From the NCBI GenBank assembly GCA_028023455.1, contig JAQFVV010000001.1:30504001-30568000 (forward strand): a DNA stretch of 64,000 nt, in the 5' to 3' direction. The stretch comes from Epiperipatus broadwayi. Taxonomy: Eukaryota; Animalia; Onychophora. The number at the start of each line of letters is the position of its first letter. The stretch's first letter is position 1. Below, piece by piece: positions 12,580 to 23,074 of this stretch. The notes below the pieces were generated by a model. The model had not been told where the DNA came from. It worked only from the letters and a program-made list of their open reading frames with translations, and searched no databases. A program made the position numbers and the translations under genes.

Positions 12580-15500
12580 TGGAGATCATGGAATTCCTCT
12601 GCCAATGACCAAAAATCTGACATCAGTGGCTTTTTCATGGCTGGCTCTTGCACATGTAAGAGGAAGAAAAAATATGAAGACCCAGATCCACACCCACCTG
12701 CTCTACCTCTGGATCAGATAATGTCATGGCCGATGACCTCTTCCTGGATTTCAATGACCTGCTTGAAAGTTCTGTGATTTCCTGTGTAAGGAAAATGTGA
12801 CAGTTCTCCCCTCCAGTGTCTGTTCCTCTATATGAATCTGCTATTACTGATGATGCACCTGTTCCCACATCTATTATCGAGGACACTGAAGTGCAAATAG
12901 TTCAGTTGGAGTTTTTTTCTTCCTCCACAAGTGTCGACTGTGATGGCCAATCCAATCCTGACTGATATTTCTTTCCATGGAGTTGATTCCAGGAAGGACG
13001 ATCCTCCAGTTTCAAGTGATTCCCTGGAGATCCCAGAATTTTAAATAACCCAACAATGTTTAGAGGCTTCTTGGTCAATGTGTGAGGCCTGAATTTTCAT
13101 GACAGGGCCTACGCCCTGTGACATTGGTTTTGGCAACAGGCCCCTGACATCCTATGCTTATCTGAAATGAAACTGCATCTTCAGTCAGATCCTCGTGTTA
13201 TTAACCTAATACAGGAATTTGGCTTCTTCCACTTCTCATTCTCAACTGTGATATCAGGTGGTGTTGCCATCATAATTAGTAAAAAGTCCCCAATCACACT
13301 ATTTAAAATTTTATACATCAACTCCAATTGCCTGATTGCGATCATCCAATCTCAAGGATGCTCATTCAATTTAATTAATATCTACCTCCTAAAAAATTTC
13401 GAGATCCTCTTCAAAAATCATTCATACCATCAATGCTATGTTTAGAACCAGCCTGCTTCCTAAGTTTTTCATGGGTGATTTTAACCATTCCTATGAAGCA
13501 TTTCAATCCAAATTCCAAAAGTGTCCACGTCTACCCATGGTAAGTGAGAGAAATCTCTCCAATTGCCTGATTGCGATCATCCAATCTCAAGAATGCTTCA
13601 TTCAATTTAATCAATGTCTACCTCCCAAAAAATTTCGAGATCATATTCAAAATCATTCATGCCATCAATGCTATGCTTAGAACCAGCCCATTTCCCATGC
13701 TTTTCGTAGGCGATTTTAATCATTCCTATGAAGCATTTCAAAAGTGCCTGAGTCTACCCATGATAGTGGGAGAAATATCTTCCCTGAGGTTGCTTTTTCA
13801 TTTTACACAAGACACTCAAGATTCCTAATAGACCTATTTTTCTTCCGCTCATTGTCGGTTTGATCAAATCCCACCTGTGGCTCAACACATTTTCTGAGCA
13901 CTTTGCATTAGAGGTCAAGATCTGTGTCGCCTATCATTCAACTACCACAGACCATTAGGTTGCTGACTAGGTCTAACATTACAACACAGCTGGTGGTGGC
14001 TCTACACATTTTCTGAGCACTTTGCGTTAGAGGTCAAGATCAGCCCGATGATTGCTGTGATGCCTAACCTTCAACTTATACAGACCATTAGGATACTAAC
14101 CAGGTCTTACATTACAACACAGCTGGTGTCAGAAGCCTATATTGCCTTCCACCGGGTTGGAATTTCTATCTTTTTCCCCTGTTAAGGGGTGGCTGGCTTT
14201 TGTCAACACCTTGAATGACTTGGTCAACCATTGTACCTTCAAGACCAAAAGGCCTGTCCAGTTGATTGCTAAGTTTGATGCCATTGCCAAAGACCTAAAC
14301 AACATACCTTATGATTTTTGCCTTAAAGGTTAAGTATAAGTCATCCCAGAGTGCCATCACCAAGTACCTCTCAATCAAGAGGGCCTGACTGTACCTACCC
14401 CATCAACACTGCTGTACCAGGGGTTACATTCAGTGGGCCTTTGGTACATGCAAGAGATCTAGGGCCAGGTTCCTCCATGCTGGCCAAGATCTGGAAGTTA
14501 TTTCAGCCATTTGGAATGATTAATTCTAGGAAAAGGTTCACCTTGATGGAATTTACCCCCACAAGATCTCTGAGGCCGAGTCCTGTTGAAACTGAAATTC
14601 CTCTTGGATGGAACTAATCCAGGCTTGCATGGAATACCCAAATTACTGTTATATAACATGCACACTTCTGTTGTGCCCATTATCACTAAAATGTTTGACT
14701 TTTTGGCTGATGACAGTCAGGAAGCCCTATGGATTTGCCCATTCATCATGATGCCCCTTGTCAAGAAAAGGGAGGGTCCATGTGACTTGCTCTGGCTGAT
14801 CTTTCTGTGGCTTTTGCTGACTAAGGCAATTGAAAGTCTTATAAAAGAGGATATCCAAGACAACATTATTAGTTGCCTCTTGTCTTATCAGTTTGCTAAG
14901 AAAGGGTGCTCAGCTGCCAATGCTGTTGGCCGATTTCACCTCATTGTTGACCATGTATGCAATAGAAGAAAGTCCAGGCCAGTCACAGTGCAGCATAATT
15001 ATTCCAGGACCTTTGACTGCATCAGAATTGACAAAGTACTTAGTGTACTGGAGAAACTCAAAGTGCCTATGGCATACCTCCAACTTGTAGAGAACTTTCT
15101 ACAAAATCAAGAGGTATTTGTCTCATTGGATGGCCAAGTTCCTTCAGTATTTAGGCCCTGTGTTTCATCCTGCAGGATCGCCACTCTTCTTCACAGCCTA
15201 TGTGAATCTGCTGCTACTAAGCATTGAGGCTGTCCTCCTGGGATAGCCATTCCTTTTCTCAGAGAGATCATTTGCCATATCTCCTACATGGGTGATGTGG
15301 TGGTGTTTTTGTCCTGTAGCGATGAACTCACAAGACTTGTAGAGCTCTCAGATTGATTCACATGTGAATTTGGTCTAAGGGTAAACAGGCAAATCTGCCA
15401 TGTGGTCGACCTTACCAGGGAAGCAAGTCCTGGGCAGGTTTAAAGTGACCCCACAAAATCTTTCCTTGGATTCTACCTAGCTCCCCCCCCCTTAGTTATG

Positions 15501-16969
15501 AGGAGAGACATGGAGAATACCTTACTCTCCAAGATTGAGATTGTAGTCACCTTGTTGAAAATCTACTTATCCTTATTGGGCAAAGTCACTTTAGTAAATT
15601 CTGTGGTATTGCCAAAAATTGCTTACTACCTAGTCAGCTTTGTGCCAAACAACACTTTCATTAAAAAAGTTGAAACCTTTTGCAGTAGTCTATGTGGGGG
15701 GAGGAGCCCTTGTCATCAGCCTTAACCTCCTACAAATGTCCAAACCCCGAATGGGTTGACCTTGCATTCCACAAAAATCTTTCAAGTACAAGGAACACGT
15801 AGCATCCTGGTTAGACTATTAAACTCATAGCTGGACATCGAATGCCCCATTCCAGTGGAGGTGATTTTTTTGACAGATAGGCCTCCATCTAAGCACAAAC
15901 ATATCTGGTTTAATCAAGAGGTCACCCTAGTGCTAAGGAGCCTTAAAACTTCCAGCTCCCTGTTTGACTCCAAGTTCAGTTACTGGGACACTTACCAGCT
16001 GATGTTTAACTCTAAAACCAAAACTTCCAACCTTCTCCCAGTTGCCATTCCCAGATTCATCAAATGGACCAAGTTTCTCAAGCTTGAGCCCACATATATG
16101 GACTTGCTGATCAAAGTTAATCTTGGGGCCCTATCCATGGGAGCTTGCCTTTGCTATCACTGAGGCTACAACATTGATCCCTTGTATCCAATGTGTTAGA
16201 AACAGGAAGAGACATTTGACCACATTCTATTTCAATGTCATGTGATTCCTGGTCTGAACTACGAAACTATACACTGATGAAAATGACCGTGCCTGACCCG
16301 GATGTGTGATGATCTGGCCTGCCTTCAAGAAGGGCCTATTCATTTCCTTCTGGCTGGCAACCTTTATAAATTTCAGAATATGTACCATCAGGTGTAAAGC
16401 GATGTTTGAGAAAGGATCCGTTATCCCACTGAAGACCTCTTTGTGAAATTCATCTGTAAGGCAAAGGAGTCTGATAAGAGGACTTGTCTGCCTTCACTGG
16501 CTGACCAAACTTGGCGGCAGCTGAAAATATAGCAAACTATGACCAACTGAACATTCCTGCCTAAATTGATCTATGCAATTACTGTATTCAATCTTATAAT
16601 TCGATCATATAAATTATCCAATCTATTTGGCTGATTGTTTAGCTACTATTGAGGCTTTATTGAATTTGTATGCAACCCTTCTACACCCTATATATGTGAC
16701 TCCTTTTTTTTATTTAGGGTATAACTCCCTATGTACATGTTTGTAAAATTCATTTACTGTATTCTTCCAAACAATGGAACAGCAAATGCATGTTCCTGAC
16801 TGTGATTCATATTGATATTCACTTCAACTACTGTAACCAATTAATATAACCCTGTAACTCATTTGATGTAGTACCTCATTATTGGGCTAGCTGTTTGAAA
16901 TGCCCACAAAAGTTGAACCTTGATGGTATAATTCCATTTGTACATTTTTCTGTATTACTGGTTGTTTAA
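12580..16969 (+). mobile_element. Decayed Tx1/L1-clade LINE (ORF1 tail, APE, RT, C-terminal zinc knuckle)
   Basis: APE motifs DILCLSEMK, GGVAIII, FMGDFN (~13130-13790). RT motifs YSRTFDCI and ISYMGDVVVF (~14750-15320). Clade-typical LSLLGKVTLVNSVVLPKIAY (~15565). PMC*KQEETFDHILFQC (~16190). Many stops and frameshifts. Confidence 0.85.
13323..13785 (+). repeat. Diverged tandem duplication (~235-bp unit) inside the LINE APE domain
   Basis: Units start at 13323 and 13558 (TCCAATTGCCTGATTGCGATCATCCAATCTCAAG...), roughly 85-90% identical by eye. A second, more diverged ~119-bp tandem pair starts at ~13877 and ~13996. Confidence 0.9.
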
Positions 16970-17601
16970 AACCTTTATAATGTTGTTCTACTTTATTTCA
17001 CCAGACGTGCAATATTTCAACAAATTGTCCATTTGTGTCATCTATCTGACTACAGTTAATCTATAATACTGAAGAGCATTTTGTTTAATTTTATAATGAT
17101 TTTCACAGACGAACATATAGTTAGCAAAAATAAAACTTGAATTTTGTTACATTTTATGATTATTTTACATTTACATTTTTTTGAAGATGACTACACAGAG
17201 TAAGACAAAAAAAAATTGACACAGGAAATTACGCATTTAAAAAGAAACGGACCAATGCATATATTTTTTTATAGAAAGAAATAATAAATCGATGATTCTG
17301 ATAGGTCTAGAAAGTATTTCACAAATAATAAATAACACATTATTAAGAGACATTGGCTACAAAAAAATTATTAAAGAGTAAAGAAATATTAAAATAGAAA
17401 ATTTGAAAAGAAGCTTCAACAAGTAGCTCACTTATAAAAAAATACAAGTCAGAAAATTCTGTGTCTAAAAAAATGCAGAAAATTTCAAAACCATTTTCTG
17501 AAGGAGAGTTTATAAAAGATTGCATTCTAATCTGTCCAGAACATAAAAAAAAAAAAAATTGAGAGTATAAATGTCACAAAAATGGATTCAAGATGAATCA
17601 G

Positions 17602-18062
17602 AAAAATTATCATTAAATATGGATTAGTTATTAATAATGATGATGTTTCTTTATTTTTAATTCACAAAACATTATTAACCTTATATAAAAAGGGAAAGTT
17701 GATATTGGCCTGCCAATTGAAAAAATTGCACACTCAATGGTTAGAGGTAAATTAATTAAATTGTTGATCAAATTTGGTAAGCTCATATTTAAGTTGATAA
17801 TTTTGTATGGCCCGTGAATGATATTATGAATAAAAAAATTATCATTAAATATGGATTAGTTATTAATAATGATGATGTTTCTTTATTTTTAATTCATAAA
17901 ACATTATGAACCTTGTATAAAAAGGGAAAGTTGATATTGGCCTGCCATTTGAAAAAATTGCACACTCAATGGTTAGAGGTAAATTAATTAAATTTTTGAT
18001 CAAATTTAGTAGGCTCATATTTAAGTTGATAATTTTGTATGGCCCATGAATGATATTATGAA
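17602..18062 (+). repeat. Tandem duplication (~232-bp unit) in the hAT 3' subterminal region
   Basis: AAAAATTATCATTAAATATGGATTAG... starts at 17602 and 17834; the copies are highly similar. Confidence 0.9.
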
Positions 18063-18327
18063 TAACTAAGTGGACCTTGGCAGGAAAAAAGTTTTCCACC
18101 CCTGCTATAGAGGATAATAATAAATTCCACAATAATAGCCAGTATTTATTACCTTTTTATGAGTAACAAATTGGGATAATAGAAGCATCTTTAAGATCAG
18201 GTATAACAGTATTATATTTCCATATAATGCTAAAAATGTTCAATAGGTTTGAAGCTAACATATTACCACCATATTTTAAAATTTATCTAGGATTTCTTAT
18301 CCTAACTTCAGTTTTTTCATTTTTAAG

Positions 18328-19083
18328 ATTTACTCAAAGCCAGAAACTAAATTATATCATTTTAGATCTGATGTTATTTTCAATATATTGCAAAAGAGCT
18401 AAAGTGATCATGAACATTAAATGACTATCTCGCAGGTATTTTAATCCACCAATCATTTTAAGCCTACTTATTAGTTATTGAACTGTGTCTTTATTTTTTT
18501 TTATATATTTATAAAACTCCATTGTGAATCCAAAAGTAGACTTATTCACACCATGTTTTTTTTAAATAATGACATGCTTCAGTAAAATAAACTTGAAAAT
18601 TCAAATTGACAATTTTAGTATTTAGTAGTCATTGAAAATTTAGCCTAAGTAATTTTTTTAAAGTTTTTCGTTTTTAAAATTATCAAGAGCTGTTTTAACT
18701 TTAAATTGGAATATATTTACTCAAAACCAGAAACTAAATTATATCATTTTAGATCTGTTTGTTATTTTCAATATATTGCAAATGAGCTAAAATGACCATG
18801 AACGTCAAATGACTATCTCACTTGCAGGCATTTTAATCCACCAATCATTTTAATCCTACTTTGTCTTTACTTTTTTTAAATATTTATAAAATTCCATTGT
18901 GAATCCAAAAGTAGACTTTTTCACACCATGCTTTTTTAAATAATGCCATGCTTCAGTAAAATAAACGTGAAAATTTAAATTGACAATTTTAGTATTTAGT
19001 AGTCATTGAAAATTTAGCCTAAATAATTTTTTTGACAATTTTAGTATTTAGTAGTCATTGAAAATTTAGCCTAAATAATTTTT
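18328..19083 (+). repeat. Direct duplication (~330-bp unit, period ~387) plus a terminal ~50-bp re-duplication
   Basis: ATTTACTCAAA.CCAGAAACTAAATT... starts at 18328 and 18715; TTGACAATTTTAGTATTTAGTAGTCATTGAAAATTTAGCCTAA occurs three times. Confidence 0.9.
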
Positions 19084-19439
19084 TCTAAAGACTAGTCTTT
19101 ATATTTTCTGCCAAGGTGTTTGGGAATAGAATCTATTGTTAATGCAGTTATAATCTGTGTCTATAACTAACTGTTCATATAATATGAATTTTTATATATT
19201 TTTATATATTTTTTTTTAATTCCTAACTAAAATATAATCCATAATGTGTCATTATTTTCAACCTATATGAATCTGAGTACTATAACTGCTGTTTTTTTCT
19301 GCCTAATCAAGATGTTCTTTATAATAAATCCTTTTTTTTTTTCAAAAAGTTTTAATGACTTGGTTTAAATCCTTGCATTTACATGCTTATATCATGTGTT
19401 ATATAGAGTTTAACTGATGATTTTACTAGGTGTATGTTG

Positions 19440-19920
19440 ATTCATCTACGGACACAGTGAGATTAAAACCATCCTGGACATTGTCATCTTCACTCCCCAG
19501 AGAGAGAATAAACCAGCTCTGATCCCCTCATACCCACATCCCAGTGGCCACCTCAAAAACCTTGGAAGATAAGCCCCGGGGTATGCTCAGCCCCTCAACC
19601 CCTTCCCCACAGGGACCAGTGACATCTGAACTTGCAGTCTCAATCCAAACTTACTGTTGATTTATGTATTGTACTGTAAGACTTCAAACTGCCAGCGCCA
19701 GTGTCATCTCCACCATCGAGACAAAAGATCTGCATTGGTAATGATTCCACTACCACCCATCCCTGGTTGTCGGAGGGCTAGGACTCAGGCCACAGGGGCC
19801 CTCCCTACCACAAGACTCCCACCTCCAGGCAGCAAAGATGAGTGAACCAGTGGTAGGCTGAATGAACCAATAATTTCACCGTGCATTTCAACAGCTGACA
19901 TATGGTCTTCCTCTGCTTTC
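19440..19920 (+). mobile_element. GC-richer relic, possibly the APE C-terminus of a LINE
   Basis: Frame YGHSEIKTILDIVIFTPQRE...PHPSGHL resembles the APE ending (IDL...SDH). Otherwise unidentifiable. Confidence 0.3.
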
Positions 19921-21331
19921 TCAAATCAAAGTCCTGAGTAGGTATTCTGGTAATTTCATGCTTGCATTATGTTTTGTATACTGATCACTGATCAGTTTTG
20001 GAAAGTGGTTGCTGACTTTTGAAGTATATTTCTTTTTGAATCAAGGGCCTTAGTGTGTATTTTAATAATTACATGTTTTTATTATGTGCTACATATATCC
20101 ATCGATTCATAGTTCACAGGGCAGCTGTTGATATATATAGTCTGTTGTAGAAATCAAAATGTCACATTTTAGTTTGTTCATAAAATACAGTTGCAATAAT
20201 CCATGAGATATTCTAGTGTTGTAAATATTTCCAAGTTACAGATTAAGAATGATTAGTAAAGTCTAGAATTCAAATATGATTATCATTTTACAGGTATAAT
20301 ATACAATCTCCAATTTAGTATTGGTGAATGAAAACTAAAAAACTATTTGAATAAAGCATTTGAACTATTCACTGTCAGTAAAACTTGGCAAAGTGAGCCT
20401 TTTGGAGTAAATCACCTTAGTTTCAGCTGCACTAAGCAAAGTTTTTTTTTTTTTGTTAAATAAAATCTCTGATTTATAACATAAGCACTCAAAGTCACCA
20501 TTGGAAACAATCTCTACAGCCCCCCCCCAGCCCCCATTCCCTTTAGAGCTGGGAATAAATAGACCCCCTCACTCAGTCAGCAAAATTGATTAAACAATAT
20601 TTTTCTTTAAATTAAAATCTCTATGGAAATCCTTAGTAATATCTATGGCTGCCATTTAATTTTCATAGGGTTTTGAAGAAAAGTTGTAATTATTCTTACT
20701 TGTGATCAACTGGTGACATCCTTTGTATCTGAAAAGATAGCTAAAAAGCTACTCTTTTAAATAAGCCTACTTTCAGATAGATTTAACTCCCTTAAGTAGG
20801 GGATTTGGAACTGAAACAGGGTGAATTGGAGTCCTTGGCTCCCTTTTTGTTGTGCAAAAATTCAATAATAGCATATTGAACTCACAAAAGCAATATATTT
20901 GCCTGTCTTTGAATTATTGTTAGATGTGCCTACCAATACATGCATTAAAGTTTTCCAGAAGAAAACTTTTTATTTTTAATATTTTAACAAGATGGATCGA
21001 ATTGTTTTCACTCCTTCAAGTCTTTCTAAATGACAAACAAATCTGATGACATGATGTAGTAACAGGTAATCTGCTATAATACACTTTTACGTAATAATAG
21101 TATTAACAGGTTAATGAATATTTGATAATATTTAATGCAATTTGGGTATTAACAGATTAATGAATATTTGATAATATTTAATGCAATTTGGAATAAAAAC
21201 TTGTATCCAAATAATGACCAATATTAATTAAAGTCCTATATATTATATTATGTGTTAATCAAGATTCTGCTGTTTATAAAAAATAATCAAAATCACATGA
21301 CCCCATTCTCTTAAGCTTGTACGATTTATAA

Positions 21332-21451
21332 CAATGAGTATTGCCACTTGCTCAACAAGCTGTGATAAATGCTTAGCCAGACTAATTTTAAATGTATTCT
21401 CTGGCTAATCATTTATCACAAAGCTTGTTGAGCAATTGGCAATGCTCACTG
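21332..21451. repeat. 120-bp near-perfect foldback (MITE-like hairpin)
   Basis: ~51-bp arms CAATGAGTATTGCCACTTGCTCAACAAGCTGTGATAAATGCTTAGCCAGA and its reverse complement, with few mismatches and a ~17-nt AT loop. Confidence 0.85.
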
Positions 21452-22907
21452 CTGTTTATAATTTTCTAAATCTCGATAAACTATCGATATGAATGTAAAA
21501 TTGTTTTATACATGTACAGTGTTTTTTTTTTTTTTTTTAATATTTATTTAGAACTTGGTGTAGGCTGCTAACATATAAATATTTTTGATTATTTTGAATT
21601 TGTAATTAATTTTCTAGTAGAAATGTAATGGTTCTTCCAAAATACTTTTAGAATGTGAAAGAGAAAAACTCATTTCTTATTGCTGCACTCTCCAGTTTAT
21701 TTTAGCTGTTTTACATTCTTCATCTAGCTCCACTTCGTTATCAGAATGATAAAAATACAATGTTTTAGGGATTATTACTGAGTTTGGTTTTTTTTTTCTA
21801 TGCATAAAAAACTACAGCTGAATACTAGTTTGAACCACATGAGACTTTTGTTGAATTGGATTGCAAATAATATAAATGGCCAGGGTATTCTAAAAGCTCA
21901 TCTAAATTGGTATTGTAATTGTCCATTTTTAGAAACATTTCACATATAAATCTTTTTACTTTCTATGTAATTCTCCAACCCTAGAAATGACAGTAAAAAA
22001 AAAAAAAAAACTGTTTGGAATTGAAGTTTTTAAAATTTTATAGATAGGAAACAGAAAATGATAAAATTCTTTTTTATTTTAATGTTTTTAACTTTTAATA
22101 AATGAAATGTATTTCTGATTTATGATTCATCTTTTAAAGCAGTTATGCAATTCATAGATTAAGATTGGCACTTGAAAAATATATCGATGTATTCGTGTGT
22201 GTGTGTGTGCATACAAATATTTTTATATGTATGTGATATATATATAAAGGTTTTCTAATATCTTTTCTTGATTGTGACTAGAAGACCATTAATACTTTAT
22301 TACATATATATAATGAACTATATTTTGTTTATCTGAATTTGTTGCAACTAACTGTTTTGTAAACATGATAAATTTATCATGGAAACAAACTATAAAAATG
22401 CTAAAATGTTATACTGACACAGACTAAATTTCAGTTATTAACTGATAATAAGGAATTGGGGCTGCACCATAATAAAATTATAGGCATTTTATATACTGAT
22501 ATAAAATTTGCTATATACTAAAAAAACAAAAACATTCATTACATAAATTTAAAAATTTATATAAGTTTATTTAATTTTTTGGTAGTATAACGTCTAAACA
22601 CATATTAATTTCATCATTAGTCAAGATATTAATGACTTTTGATCCATCATTGTTGTAACCGAAAAAAAAACATTGACAAGAAACCCTCTGTTTTTTAAAT
22701 GATTAGTAATTTTTTTGTAAAAAAGAGAAGGGGAAAGTATCTCGATCCTGCTAATTATCAAGAACTTCTTTAATATCTTTTGACATCAAGTGCAAATCAC
22801 TTAGATAATTTTTCATATTTATAACTAAAACTATTTCTAATATTTGCACTCTCTAAACAATGGACTAATTAAAAATTCAAACGTATTTGCATAATCATAA
22901 CAATCGT

Positions 22908-22969
22908 TAGTTACAAAGCTATGAGTATGAGATTCAAACATGAAATCTCGAAAGCGCTTAGCAAAGCTA
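22908..22969 (+). ncRNA. Minimal type-I hammerhead ribozyme-like motif with non-canonical A3-U8 core (5' pseudo-LTR copy)
   Basis: Stem I TAGTT/AGCTA plus GCT/AGC; core ATGAGTA-T; stem II GAGATT-CA/TG-A-AATCTC; GAAA; palindromic AGCGCT in place of helix III; U17 at 22959. Folded by hand. Confidence 0.65.
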
Positions 22970-23074
22970 TTATAAATTAGAGTAAAATTATAGCTTCACT
23001 ATTTAATGCGAAAAAAAAAAGTCGCATACTTAATTACAATTTTACTAGTGAAGAGAAAACAATTTATTACATAA

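Larger units (their letters stand above)
11704..18104 (+). mobile_element. Non-autonomous hAT (Charlie/SPIN-like) element carrying a nested 5-kb LINE insertion
   Basis: Left end CAGGGATGAGGAACCTTT; right end reverse complement CAGGGGTGGAAAACTTTT. 8-bp TSD CTGTAGAA (11696-11703) / CTATAGAG (18105-18112), 6/8 match. Transposase N-terminal remnant at ~17187-17600 (KKKIDTGNYAFKKK, KPFSEGEFIKDCILICPEHK). Confidence 0.8.
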
